Source: Octopus sinensis
Taxonomy: Eukaryota
DNA: 64,000 nucleotides
NCBI RefSeq assembly: GCF_006345805.1
Contig: NC_043014.1
Coordinates: 33,170,001 to 33,234,000 of the forward strand
Direction of reading: 5' to 3'
Shown: in pieces, positions 24,096-38,391 of the stretch
Layout of the letters: the number at the start of each line of letters is the position of its first letter
Numbering within the stretch: position 1 is the first letter of the stretch
Notes under the pieces: generated by a model
What the model was told of the DNA's origin: nothing
Seen by the model: only the letters and a program-made list of their open reading frames with translations
Databases searched by the model: none
Translations under genes and position numbers: made by a program

Positions 24096-24187
24096 AAAAG
24101 TTCTATCTCCTAGATAAAATACCACAGTGAATGCTTTTTGCTTACAGAAGTATGCTGTCCTCATCTACCTATATATATATCTCTCTT

Positions 24188-24390
24188 TACTCTTTACTTG
24201 TTTCAGTCATTCGACTGCGGCCATGCTGGAGCACTGACTTTAGTCGAGCAAATCGACCCCGGGACTTATTCTTTTGTAAGCCCAGTACTTATTCTATCAG
24301 TCTCTTTTTGCTGAACCGCTAAGTGACGGGGATGTAAACACACCATCGGTTGTCAAGCAATGCTAGGGAGACAAACACAGACACACAAAC

Positions 24391-24427
<37 letters not shown>

Positions 24428-24598
24428 CATATATACGACAGGCTTCTTTCAGTTTTCGTCTACCAAATCCACTCACAAGGCATTGGTCGGCCCGGGGCTA
24501 TAGCAGAAGACACATGCCCAAGGTGCCATGCAGTGGGACTGAACCCAGAACCATGTGCTTGGTAAGCAAGCTACTTAGCACACAGCCACTTCTGCGCC
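24188..24598 (-). mobile_element. tRNA-derived SINE family 1 (minus); similar full copies at about 32100-32488, 53512-54021, 63029-63442 (-) and 56046-56450 (+)
   Basis: Near-identical body and head/tail to the 11808 copy, reverse-complemented. Confidence 0.8.
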
Positions 24599-26325
24599 TG
24601 ACCTCACTCTCCAGTGGGCCCTCTTCGCAACCCTCACACAAACCAGATCACTGACGACCCCAAGGAATGCGCAGAACTCATTGCCGAGTGCTATGCAAAC
24701 ATATTCACTGTTGAAAGTCAAATGTACCATCTTCACCATCACTAACAGCAAACTCCATAACAACTATGGAATTTACACCTGCAATGTTGCGACGTCACCT
24801 TCAAAATAAAGCGCAACTATGCCTCCCCTGGTCTCGATGGAGTTACATACCTGCTTCTCAAACGTGGCAGGCACTCCTTTTACACCAGCTTTCTATTTTC
24901 TTCCAGTACTGTCTCAACAATGGTGCTACTCCGGAGCAGTGGAAAACTGCCAGTGTCATTCCTCTGTTCAAAAAGGGCGACCGCACATCACCTGTCAACT
25001 ATCGCCCAGTCAGTCTCACTAGCTGTATTGCAAAACTGATGGAATCGTGTGTCAGAGAAACACTCTGGAACTTCTGGAGCTCTCACAGTCTCATCCGACC
25101 CTCACAATATGGATTTGTCCCTAACTCCAGCTGCAGTGACCAGCTTGTCGAGTTCCTTGAGGACATTACTCAGATCACTGACAGTGGCTCATGGGTGGAT
25201 GTTGTCTACTTGACTTTGCTAAGGCTTTCAACTCTGTGCCACACAAAAGGCTTATGGTGAAACTCTCTGCAATGGGTGTGGGGATGACCTTTTTAACTGG
25301 TTGAAATCCTTCATCCTCAGCCGAAAGGAGGTAGTCACAGTTCTAGGACAGCACTCTACCCATATGAGATGTCATCGGGTGTACCACAGGGATCTGTCCT
25401 TGGTCCCCTCTTGTTTGTGCATACATTAATGACATAGATGCCAATTTAAAGAATGCCACAGTATTGAAATATGCAGACGACATCAAGCGTACCTTGAAAT
25501 CAAGAGGACAGATCCTGATGTCTACAACTCTTCCTGCAATCCGACCTAGACACAATGCAGCAATGGATCACAGACTGGCAACTGAAACTGGCTGTGGACA
25601 AATGTACCACCATGCATTTTGGGAGAAAAAACCTGCGTCCACATACTCCCTCCACAACACTGATATCAAGAAATCCTCTTGCGAGCGTGACCTAGCATCA
25701 CTGTCAGCAGGATTTGCGTTGGACAAAGCATATCTCTAAATTGTCAAGAAGGCCGAGGGTGTCTTGGCATCACTCAGCAAGACTTTTGTTAGTCGCTCTC
25801 AGCCATCTATTTAAAACTGTATACAGCTATGGTACAACCACACTTGGAATTCGCATCATCAGTTTGGAACCCCTATCTTGCTCAGAACATTGACCTCCTG
25901 GAATCTGTCCAGAGACGTGCAACCAAACGCATACCCTCCATCAAACCTACCATATTCTGAGTGCCTTGTTTCCCTGGGCATGGATTCACTGAAGCTCCTG
26001 TGTCTGGCGACGGACTTGGTAAACGCCCACAAAGTTATCAACAACACTGACACACCTTTTTGATCTCCATGTGTCTAACACCGTGGACATGCCCACAAAG
26101 TCAGAAAACAACACAGCTCCCATGACTTTCGGAAACATTTTTCACGCTCAGAGTTGCTGAAGCATGGAATAAACTGCCTGCGTCAGTTGTTGACTGCCAT
26201 GACACTGCTCCTTTAAGGCCCTCATGCTTTCCGAATCCGCCGAAACTACACCTGATTATATATACACTTTAGATGAGTTGTAGTGACCCTGAGCACTGTA
26301 CACAATTATTTATTATTATTATTAT
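24599..26325 (+). mobile_element. CR1/L2-clade LINE, 5'-truncated, frameshifted reverse transcriptase
   Basis: WKTASVIPLFKKGDR..NYRPVSLTS..KLME, QYGF, PQGSVLGPLLF (from 25381), KYADDIK; ends in an (ATT)n tail. Confidence 0.92.
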
Positions 26326-29300
26326 AAATATATATATAAATAAATGTGTTGAGCTAATCTCCAAATGATGTCAGCTGATTGCTTTGATGTAATTTTGCCT
26401 CTTTAGTCATTTAAAACCAAGCCATAACTTTTGTCCTTGACAAAAATGTATATGTGTGTGTAAACCAGCAATCAGTATGTTTGTTGGTACATGCTACACT
26501 TGGCTTGTCAATCTGGAATTTAGTATATGTACACAATGTAGCAAGGATCAAGATAAAAATGTGTGCAGAATGAGAGGCATTTGGCACAGGAGTTTTTGTC
26601 TGGTAATTTGTCAACATTACTCTTGACTCAGCTTGATGTGTCTTTGCATACATGAGTCTACTGAAAGAAAATTTTAATTCTGAAACAACCCTATACCAAG
26701 TTTTTTTTGCATTCTTAACAGGTGTGTGTAAAAAGTAAACATACACATCTGTATTTTGATCATCACTGGTTTGTGAGGATGTAAAATATGTATATGTGTA
26801 TGTATACATAATGAGTTTCCATCCACTAATTTCACTCACGTGGTATCAGTAAGCCCAATGCAATACAAGAAGATACCTGCTCAATGTGCTGCACAGCGGA
26901 ACTGGAACTAGTACCACTTAGTTTCTTGCACAATGTGTGTGTGTATGTATGTATATTTATATATATATATGTGTGTGTGTGTGTGTATGTATTTAAGTTA
27001 CAATTTATAGATTCAATTAATCCAGTAGTATTCATAAAAAAAGCTCCTCAATATATCATTTTGCAATACATATAGAATATATAGTGTGGTGTAAGAGAAA
27101 GCAATAAGGAATTTCTTATTGTTAAACAAAATTTCATCAAACTGTCTCTTTGTCATTTATGACTTTATATATGCCTGCATGCATGTATGTATATATGAAT
27201 AATTATGAAATGTGTGCACACAATAGAAGCACAATATGTGTGTGTATATATGTATATGAACAAGCACATATATCTAGATGTGTGTGTATACACATATATA
27301 AACATGTAATGATTAACCAAAATCCAGGGCTGTTATATATACTAGCTGAAAGACCACCCTCTGGGCAGAGTGCTAGTCAAACTTGGAGTGTGTGTTTATA
27401 TTACAGAGACCGTGTGTGTGAGGGGCAGAGAAAACATTGAAAGCAATGAATGAAATAAACATTAAATGAAAGAATCATATAAATAAAAGCTTGTTAAAAA
27501 CTATCAGCATTCTTTTGGTTGAGCTCTTAGAAATGCCAAAATGAAGAGCTGGTTTTGTTCCTTAATTTCCATAAAAGATTTTTACTTATTGCCTTTGCCT
27601 TAGCAAAGGCAGATGCATTGTTTTCAGTCATGTTTGTTTGTCCATAGACAAGATATCACAACAACTGCTGGATGGATTCAGATGAAACTTTCAGGGATGT
27701 TTGACCTCATGACTAGCACAAACTGATTAGAGTTTGGGATCAATCACATACTGGACAAGGACTCTGGATTATTTTTCCTGTTTTTTAACTTAATTTTGAG
27801 AATGGCCAGGTTCATTTTTAATATTCTTGTTTGTGAGAGCAGTCGAGTTTATTTCAGATATTCTCATTTTAAAAATCATCTCCGGCTAATTGTTGAGAGG
27901 ATGTTGGTGTTGCCTTGGCATAGGCTTGCACTCTCTGAGTGCTCTTGTTTACTTTTGTTTTAAAGTGAAAGATGTATGTATGTAAATATGAAATTGATAT
28001 GTGTGTGAGAGAGAGTGCCACTTAGACATCACTGTCTCTCTCTGTCACACACATACAAAAAAGATGTATGCATATGTATTTATGTATCTGTGTATACATG
28101 ACAACACACCCCTTCACTCACTTTGTTTGTCTCTCACACACACACACACACACACATAAATGTATACAAATGTACATACAAAAACATCTGCATGTGTGAC
28201 TGACTACAAATACATAGACCTGAACATGGTGCACAATAAGTAAATAAAGAAAAAAAATTTATAGAAATTAATGAAGTGTACAGGTTCAAGTGAAAGAATG
28301 ACAAACTATCTTGTACCAAATATTTAAATTTGTGAACTTGAAATATTCAGTAATAAAAGGAAGTTCAGAAAGTAAATTTTCCTGTGAACTTCAATTTATT
28401 TAAAACCTCACTTGCTTAGTAAATATTTTTTTCAGTAATTTGTCATAGTTGTAATATATCTGTAATTTAACCAGAGTTCAAGGCTTAGCATGCTAGAAAT
28501 AGCAAGGCTTATAGCGTTCCAAACAGCCTTACCAACAAAATCATTTAAAAAAAAAATTATACCAGTATATTAAAAAATGTTCATTTTATCAAAAATAAGT
28601 CTCAAAGTTATACAGTTATTTTGTCTAATAGCATTCATTCATACAATAAATAATTTTTTTATATTACATGTATAGAATAAACTGTGGGTTTTGCAAATAG
28701 CAACTTAAAACTTGAAATGAATATATATTAAATCATCATTAATGAAAATAGAGGTGAGAGACTGTTGCAAATGGAAATGGAAAATTTCACCTGCAGCGAA
28801 TTAATATTGTTTATTAAATCTACTCTGCAATGAATGCAATGGATATTTAAATTTGTGAAAAACTTGTAGTTCAAATATTCAATACACTTCAGAAATTGAA
28901 ATTATAGGAAATTTCTTGGAACATGAATTTATAACAAAAATAAACAAATTTCCAGATGGTCAAGCCTTTAATAATTGTTGTCTTTTAGTAATTATTACAT
29001 ACCTAATTAATAAGCAACTTTATCCATTATAATGTAGATGGATATAAACATGTGTGTGTTTGTATTTGTATCCTTACATATATAAATGCATAAGTTTATG
29101 CTTGGTCACCTCAAAAATAAATTGAAATTCAATAACCCCTACAATGACCTACAGTTACACACACTCCCCTTAACACCCATACTATTATCCTCATTCACTA
29201 ATAAGCAAGCAGTTAATCCCAACCAAAATTATTCTCAGTTATTTTTAGGCTTTCAAAATAAGCTTCGTTCATTTTCACACCCATAGTTACACAACCACTT

Positions 29301-31305
29301 AACCATTTTTTATCCATCTTCTAAATTATTCAGTGCTGATCACTGCCCAATGTCTTACCTCCTCATCACTTGATATTCATCAGCAACCCATCAACTGTCT
29401 TTAAATCTCCTTACTTGTCTACACTCCATTGCTTGTCACTAAAAGCATTCCCTTGTTTCTCCTTAAAAACTATTCTTATGCTTCTCTCTAAAAACACTCC
29501 CATACTTCTATCCGATTGTAACACACTCATAATATGGAAACATGCCAAACGGTGCTGGTCAAATTGGTGCACTAACTCAGATGAGACCTAAGCAAATACT
29601 TAACCAAATCATATACACATCAACTATTCTCATATCAACTACCCATTCCTCCCAGTATCCATTCAACCCTTTGACTCCACCAAACTCACTCTAAAACAAC
29701 TATTACCTTCTGTAGTTCTCAAAGAAGACTATTTTTTTCCTAAATATAACTTGAAACCCATGAAAATATTTACTCAGCCTAAAGAATCACAAGAGGAAAC
29801 CGCCAGTCACCAAACTCTATTTGTCTTTCCACTTCCTAAAATGAATATTTCACTATACAGGATATTAGATTTTCTGTTTCTTAGCAATGTGCATACAAGG
29901 TACTCAAGCTTTTCAGTTAGATTACTGGCACTTTGTCAGTTACGATGACAAATGTTCCAGTTGACCCAATCAACCGAACCGCCTGCTCATGAAATTAATG
30001 TGCAAGTGGCTGAGCATTTCACTGACACAGGTACTCTTAATGTTGTTCTCAGAGAGATTCAGTGTGACACAATGTAACAAGGACAGCTCAGTGGACTGGA
30101 GCAATGTGAAATAAAGTGGCTTGCTCTAGGACACACAACACACTGCCAAGAATTGAACTTATGACCTTACAATCACAAGCCGAATACCTGAACCATTAAG
30201 CCATGCACATTCATTTAGACACAAATACACACATACTGGACTGCACAATTTATTTCTAATCATTTATGGCTTTTGGGGAAGTTTAGATAAGAATTAGCAC
30301 ATTACATTTTAAATATAGTGGACTAAGTAAATATTTATTAATTCAATTTACACCCATAGTAACAAAAAAATTCTTTGCTTTAAACATTTAATTCTGGTCA
30401 TGAAAGAGACAAATTCAAATAAATTAAATAAAATTGGTGCCATATTTGTCAGTACAGTGATATTATGAATATGTTTCAGTATTATTAGAGCTTATTGAAG
30501 TATATAGTCTCAACATTACTGTCAATGGTCAAAGTAGATATAGGAATTATATGAATTATATTGAGTGGCAGGATATACTAAAAGAATAACTAGGAAAATA
30601 ATGCCTATGGGCACCTGCTGCATGTAAACGGAATAGTAAAAGGAGTACTAACTTATCTGATTTTCTAAATCTCAGTAAGTTACAATGATGCTATTTATAA
30701 ATGTGTATGTATGTGTGTATAGAAACAGCTATGTTGCTTTTCTTTGTAAGTGTGCATGCATGTGTACATAATAATAATGATAATAATAATAATAACAATG
30801 GTTTCAAATTTTGGCACAAAGCAAGTGATTTCAGAGTAGGGGTAAGTTGATTACATCGACCTGTCTGCTGCTACATTCTGAGTTCAAATTCCGCCAAGGT
30901 TGACTTTGCCTTTCATCCTTTCGGGGTTGATTAAATAAGTACCAGTTACGCACTGAGGTCAATGTAATCGACTTAGTCCCTTTGTCTGTCCTTGTTTGTG
31001 CCCCTTGTGGACAATAAAGAAATAATTATTCAACTGGTATTTATTTTATCGACCCTAACAAGATGAAAGGCAAAGTCAACCACTGCAGAATTTGAACTTA
31101 GAATGCAAAGACAGATGAAATGCTGTACTATTGATTCTGCCACCTTCAAATAATAATGATGATGATGATAATTTCAAATCTTGGCACAAGGCCAGCAGTT
31201 TAATGGGGGGGGGCGAAGTCAATTACATTGATCCCAGTACTCAACAGGTACTTTTTTATCCCCCACAAAAGGATGAAAAACAAAATTGATATCTATATAT
31301 ATGTA

Positions 31306-31870
31306 TGTATCATCATCGTTTAACATCCACTTTCCATGTTGGCATGGGTTGGACGGTTTGACTGAGGACTGGCAAGCCAGGAGGCTGCACCAGGCTCCAA
31401 TCTGATGTATCAAGGTTTCTACAGTTGGATGCCCTTCCTAATGCCAACCACTCTGAGAGTGTAGTGGATGCTTTTTATGTGCCACTGGCATTGGGTCCAG
31501 TCAGATGGTATTGACATCGGCCATGCTTGAATGGTGCTTTTTACATGCCACCGGCATGGGGGCTAGTCATGCGACATTGGCAATAACCACACTCAAATGG
31601 TGCTATTTACATGCCAATCAGATGGCACTGGCAACGACCATACTCGAATGTTGCTTTTTATGTGTCACTGGCACAGGACCCAGTCAGGTGGCACTGGCAA
31701 CGACCATGCTCGAATGGTGCTTTTTATATTGACACCAGCATGGGAGCCACTCAAGCAACACTGGCAACAACCACGCTCGAATGGTGTTTTTACATGCCAC
31801 TGGCACGGGAGCCAGTCAGGCACCACTGGCAACGACCATGCTTAAATGGTACATTTTATGTGCCGTCGTT
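31306..31870 (-). repeat. GAT-tailed SINE-like element with an internal ~65-bp minisatellite (about 6 units); related copies at ~33829-34226 (+) and ~42123-42690 (-)
   Basis: Unit ~GCCACTGGCACGGGAGCCAGTCAGG..ACTGGCAACGACCATGCTCGAATGGTGCTTTTTACAT, degenerate and without unique spacers. Confidence 0.7.
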
Positions 31871-33206
31871 AAGAAGTCTGCTTCCCAACCAGTTGATTTT
31901 AAGTTTAATTCGACTGTGGAACCTTGAACAAGTGTTTTCTACTGTAGCACTGGACAGAGCAAATGAGTTTGGTGAACAGCAATTGAAAGAAGCCTAACAG
32001 ACACATGCATACAAACAAACAGCCATCCGTCTGTTCATCCGTATATTAATGATCTGTGAGTGGCGTGTTTTTGAGTAGCAAAGATGAATATAGACATATA
32101 CTCTTTTACTGGTTTCAGTCATGTGACTGTGGCCATGCTGGAGCACCGCCTTTAGTCGAGCAAATCGACCCCAGGACATATTTTTTGTAAGCCTAGTACT
32201 TATTCTATCAGTCTCTTTTGCCGAACTGCTAAGTTACGGGGACATAAACACACCAGCATCGGTTGTCAAGCGATGTTGGGTGAGACAAACACAGATACAC
32301 AAACATATACATATAATATATACGACGTGCTTGTTTCAGTTTCTGTCTACTAGATCCACTCACCACAAGGCTTTGGTCGGCCTGAGGCTATAGTAGAAAA
32401 CACTTGCCCAAGGTGCCACGCAGTGGGACTGAACCCAGAACCATGTGGTTGGTAAGCAAGCCACTTACCACACAGCCACTCCTACGCCTATAAAATAGTT
32501 TACGCCCGCAGAGGGACATATTAAATAACGTGCAAGATAAATTGATTTAATGAAATTATAACCACTTCCAGAGATGGTAGACCAAGTTGATTGATGGCAA
32601 CTGGTACTAACTTTAAATGAGAAAGGGAGATAATTTCAAGGATTCTCTAAAACTGACATGCTATTAAGCAGAAAATTGTGATTGTTCTAAGACAAGGGGA
32701 CAGCTGTGGACCCATGTCAATAGGCATCGCCAGCATAGCAATTGTCCTGTTTTCTTCAGTTGATGAAGCACTTTGAGTGGAAAACATTCTTTTGCAGATG
32801 AGAGTAAAGAATAGAAAACATTTATGGCCTTGGTAATTTGCATAGATGAAATGAAAATGAGCTATGAGAAATAATTCAGTATGGCCACACTTGTTAATTG
32901 TAAGCAAACATAATTAGTATACAAGCAATATCATTTGTTTGCAGTATATGTCCAGTCATTGCATTATTCATGTTTAAGGGACAAAGGAAAATATTACCTT
33001 GCTTGGAAAAAAAAAAGTGAAGGTTCACAAAAGAAAAGGTGTCTAGTCATAGAAAATCTGACTCAATGAATTTGCATTGATCCATGTAAGCATGAAAAAG
33101 TGTATGTTTAAACAACGATGATACATACAAGCTATATTTTCTTGTATCAATTTCACCTAACTGGCATGGTCATGTTATAGTAGATGTCTGTATATGTACA
33201 GACATG

Positions 33207-33620
33207 TGGTGAGCTGGCAGAAATGTTAGCATGCCGGGCAAAGTGCTTTGCGGTATTTCGTCTGACGTGACGTTCTGTGTTCAAATTCCGCCGAGGTCGA
33301 CTTTGCCTTTCATTCTTTCGGGGTCAATTGAATAAGTACCAGTTACGCACTGGGGTTGATATAATTTACTTAATCCGTTTGTCTGTCCTTTTTTTGTCCT
33401 CTCTGTGTTTAGCCCCTTGTGGGTAGTAAAGAAATAGGTATTTCGTCTGCCGCTATGTTCTGAGTTAAAATTCTGCCGAAGTCGACTTTGCCGTTCATCC
33501 TTTTGGGGTCGATTAAATAAGTACCAGTTACGCACTGGGGTCGATATAATCGAGTTAATCCGTTTGTCTGTCCTTGTTTGTCCCCTCTGTGTTTAGCCCC
33601 TTGTGGGTAGTAAAGAAATA
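33207..33620 (+). mobile_element. tRNA-derived SINE family 2 with tandemly duplicated 3' part; other copies at ~5746-5938, ~30868-31025, ~58441-58655
   Basis: GGTGAGCTGGCAGAA head, GTTCAAATTCCGCCGAGGTCGACTTTGCC body, GTAAAGAAATA tail, with the 3' part present twice. Confidence 0.75.
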
Positions 33621-36600
33621 TGTATATATACATACATAATGATGCATAAGCACATTATGTATACTATGGTTTGACAAGAGCTGGCAAGTTGGTGCAACTC
33701 CCTAGCTTGCTGGCTCTGGTTAAACCGTCAAACCCATGCCAGCATGGGCAACAGACATGAAATGATGATGATGACAATTCACTATAAACACACAAAAAGA
33801 TATAAATATAACTATATAAATATAACTCTGCATGTGGAGACCTGTTGAGGCAAGTGAAATCAAAATCGAAATCGATCAAAAATCAATGGAAATTGCAGTT
33901 GTGATATCAGTGCTGGTGGCACGTAAAAGAACCATCCAAACATGGCCGTTGCCAGCACTGCCTCGACTGGCCTCCATGCCGGTGGCATGTAAAAAGCAAC
34001 AACCAATTGTGGCCGTTGCCAGCCTCACCTGGCACCTGTGCTGGTGGCACATAAAAAGCACCCACTACACTCATGGAGTAGTTGGAGTTAGGAAGGGCAT
34101 CTCGCTGTAGAAACACAGCCAGATCAGACCGGGCCTGGTGCAGCTTCCTGGCTTCCCAGACCCCAGTTGAACCGTCCAACCCATGCTAGCATGAAAAGCG
34201 GACGTCAAACAATGATGATGATGATGAGGATACATATATAACTATGTTTGTTCCTATTTATGTGTTTTTCTGTTCAAATGGTATTTGTACAGTGTTGTTT
34301 TTATTCAGCCCCAGGTTAAAATTAATCCCAACAGAATTGTCATTAACCTCTTAGTATTCATATTACTCTATCAAATGTAATGCTTATTTATTCACATGGT
34401 TTTGAACTAAGCATACATTATCTCATAGCTTTTGAGATTTCATTGAAGTGATGTGAAGTTTTATAAATATATAGTAGGGTAAGTATGGAAAGCTGGATAC
34501 AGCCAGATTGAACACAAAACAAGTAGAACTGGATATCACTGGTTTAATTGCTAAAGGGTTAAAGTTATTTTGGCTGAGACCCTCTTACTTTTCATAGGTG
34601 GAGAAAACTGGTGTGCCCTTCCTTGTTAAAAGGATAGTATGGGAGCCATGGCAGTGTTTTTTTTTAACAAAACAATAGAATGCAATGGCAGTACCTTCAT
34701 TTGCTTGTGTAAATGTTAATCTCTGTTATACCAGTATGTCATACTACATGTATTTGTGTGTGCACATGTAACCTATATGCACGACACGACTCTATTCAGA
34801 GTCCTTTGTCCTGCTTGTGATAGCAACCAAATTCCCTCAAATTACACTCTGCTATCTTTGTGTCATTGGATAGTGAGTGTCTCATTCTATCTATGTATTA
34901 TAAAAGATTATAAACTGAAGCCATTCCATTCTATTCATTATAAATATTCCATTTCATATTTATCCTTCGTTATATGTACCCAATGTTTTGTGTTGTCCGT
35001 CCTTGTTATGTCCATACTTAGTTCAGGCTACATGCCTATAATAAAGGTTAAATGTATAGTAAAAGTAGATTATTATAAATAGTATGCTAAGGGAAGTAAC
35101 TAAAATGGTCCATTGGAATGAATTTAGGTAATTCATATAGATGATGTACTGTTCATCATCATCATCATTATCATCATTTAGCGTCCGCTTTCCATGCTAG
35201 CATCGGTTGGACGGTTCAACTGGGGTCTGTGAAGCCGGAAGGCCGCATCAGGCCCAGTCTGATCTGGCAGCGTTTCTACGGCTGGATGCCCTTCCTAACG
35301 CCAACTGTTAGACATGCAAAATCAGTTTTAATGAATTGAAATTTATATCTTAGTTTGAGAGAGAAAAAAAAAAAAGGCGTTGCAGGAATTGTTAGTGACA
35401 CACAGAAAAGGAGAAATTATTTCAAGAAAGTATAGATTAATTTCACAGTAAATTGAATGTCTATTCTTAGGAGGAAAATCTAAAACTTATTAGCAAGCGA
35501 GAAGACAGGTTTGGATATTGTTTCGGTCTTATTAGATTCATCAGTGACAGAGTACAACGGCTATTTAGATTTTTAGCCAGTATATATATTGTTTAATAAG
35601 AAAAAAAGTGAGCCAAGGGAAATAATTCAAAAGGACCAATGGCATAAATTTAAATAATTCAAGTTGATGATGATATAATTAATTCAGTACACACGTGCAG
35701 CACCTTAGGCAAATGTCTTCTGATTTAGCCAAGAGCTGACTGAAACCTTAGTGATTTTGGTAGATGGAAACAGAAAGAAGCCCGTCGTGTGTTTGTGTGT
35801 ATATGTGTATGCGTGAGTGTATATGCATGTACACATCTATGTGCGTGTCTGTGTTCGTCTCCCACCACTTCTTGGACAACTGGTGTTGGGTTGGTTATGT
35901 CCGATAACATAGCGGTTCGGCACAGGGACTGATAGAATTAGCGCTAGACTTCAAAAATAAGTACTGGGATCGATTTGTTCGACTAAACCCTTTAAGGCGG
36001 TGCTCCAGCATGATCGTAGTCCAATGACTGAAACAAGTAAAAAAAATGACATTTGTTTCTGAATTACTTGAGAGTCATTTGCGATCACCATTAGGCTTTT
36101 GTATTCTTTCTCTAAGAATCAAAATTTCGATTCATTATAAATTATTGTGTACGTCATTCAGTACGCCAGCATCTACCCGAATTATACTAGACTGAACTTG
36201 ATATAGTTAGTGCTCGCGCGCGCGCACGTGTTTGTGTATGTGTGTGTGTGAACACGTGTGAGTTCATATATCGATGTGTATCTAACAGTGCATGTATATT
36301 TCACCGATGCTAGTAATAGCAACTAAATCTCTCTCAAATCACTCTATACTGTCTTAATCAGAGAACGATTCGTTCGTTACTGATATACAAAAAGACGAGA
36401 TAGTCATGGTTGGATTGCCTTTAACCACAAGTCTGATCAACCAGGGTTAAATCACATTATGACTATTATTTAATATCTGTGCGTACATATAAATAAATAA
36501 ATATATATATGTATATATATCATTATATTTATATCTGCATGTGGTTTACTAACTTATATATACATATATATATATCTCAGTATATACTACACATCTCGTA

Positions 36601-36881
36601 TGTGTTTGTGTGTCTGTTCTACAAGGTGTATAAGCACCGCAAGGTGTGCTGGAGTAAGCAACCAGCGATAGCAGCAGTAACAATCAGCATGAGCGAGAGA
36701 AGCAGAAAGGGGAGGAGGGGGAAGACAAGAAGGAGAAGCAACAACAGCAGCCAGAGAGGAGGAGGAGGAGGATATAGTGGTGTTACGATGGTGGTGGAGG
36801 TGGAGGTAGTGGTGGTGTTGGTTGTTGCCGTACCCAGTGAGCTGTTTGTTCGTCCAACCAAACGGTTGGTGCTTTTGCTAG

Positions 36882-37001
36882 ATGATGGCTGCAACCGATC
36901 ACACCACACCCAGTCGACACGAGAAGAGTCTTGGACTACTCACCACCAAATTTGTATCTTTATTACAGGAAGCCAAAGATGGAGTACTTGATTTGAAAGT
37001 G
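36882..37001 (+). CDS. E2F4: E2F4/5-like copy B exon 1 (start codon, DBD first half)
   Basis: tag ATG ATG GCT GCA ACC...AAA GTG|GTGAGT; [40 protein letters not shown]; in-frame TAG immediately before the ATG; phase-0 donor matches the exon 2 acceptor. Confidence 0.96.
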
Positions 37002-38391
37002 GTGAGTTAACCATTTATATATGTAACACGCATATACACATATGTGTGTGTACACTGATGCATTATGTTTAATGATTTTGTGTGTCGATCTATATGAAAA
37101 TGTGCGAGGCTGCCTATGTTTGTAGTGTGTGAGTAAGATATATATATATTTATATGTATACACACACACATATATATATATACACATAACACGCACACAT
37201 ATATATATATATACACAGACACACACACGTATACACACTCATTCATAGAAGTAGGTCATAACTAGTTTGTTCCTGTGACATAAACAGATGAAATAAAACA
37301 AATATACGTCAAAGAAAAACTATAAATTTGAAAAAAGTAACCGAAAAATTATGAAAAACAACAAATAAAACTTGTTTCGATTCTTGCGAATAACGGTGAT
37401 CCATTTCAAATTGTCCTCTGTTTGAATTATTTCCGACTGTTAACGACAGGTTCCCGTTTAATTTTTCGAATAATTTAAATTCAAATAAACACTTTTTCAG
37501 CAGGTATTTCCTTGCACAATGAACTCTGTACACATAGTCTCGATATAAATACAAATATAATTTGCAGTTTGTTTTTCTTCAGTGTTTCCATGTTTTATCT
37601 ATTTGTTTTGTTTACTAATAGTATTAGTAGCAGTTAAGGTTTTGTTCAACTCCTTGAGATCACCAGTAAACCACAACAAAAACGAAAATAGAAATTTATG
37701 TTCACTTAAAAAAACTATAAAGGACACCCTAATGTTATTGTCTTAGTCCTAGATGATCCCTGATTAAGGGAATTCCATCCGTGGCCTTCTTGCCTTTTTA
37801 GGATCTCTAAGACTATATTATGTTTCGGCGATCTTTTCCTGTTTTAAAAACAGTAGAATTTGATGTATATTTAGCAGGTATTTCTAGCAGGTGGAATGAC
37901 CGCTTAAAGGTTCCCTCATTGGCTCCAAGGTACCCTCAAGATGTCGTATATCAGACTCCAAGTCACATCTCTGATAAAAAGACTTCCCCTCCATAGCCAT
38001 CCCATCTAAGTGTATCTCTAATTACATGCCTTTCACTTTCTTTTTCCAGAGAGTAAGATGTGATTAAGGGATGCTACTTCTAGAAGGTCGAGCTGCGATA
38101 CAGGCTCCCCGTTGAGTCGTCGTCTATCCTTATGTAGATGAAAGTGGCAGGTGTTTGACAAAAGGTTTTTAGATAAAGCATGGGAATAGCAATACATTTT
38201 GGAAGAGTTCTCAGCAACCATACGGGATTTGTGAAATGTCCTCGCATCCATCCCAAGGATGCGGAAATTGCACTTTAGCTAGTCTATTTTGTATACTTTA
38301 TTTCTTTCCTGATGTCTCTGTAAAATAGATACCAGTAAGATACTCAGTCAATTTAAAAGGTTACTTTCTTTAACAAGAAATCTTCAATTAA

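Noticed and set aside
26411-27035. 142-aa minus-strand ORF and a nearby strong GTGAGT donor suggesting a minus-strand gene
   Set aside because: No recognisable domain, crosses microsatellite sequence, and no consistent exon chain could be built.
31480-31862. ~65-bp repeated units resembling a CRISPR array (also 42290-42660)
   Set aside because: Eukaryotic context; units are contiguous and degenerate with no unique spacers or cas genes; embedded in a SINE-like element.
32790-32840. Possible 35-nt exon (ttttgcAG|ATG...TG|GTAATT)
   Set aside because: Isolated splice-like signals with no homology or partner exons.
37309-37554. 81-aa minus-strand ORF just inside intron 1 of copy B
   Set aside because: No recognisable similarity; consistent with a chance ORF in AT-rich DNA.
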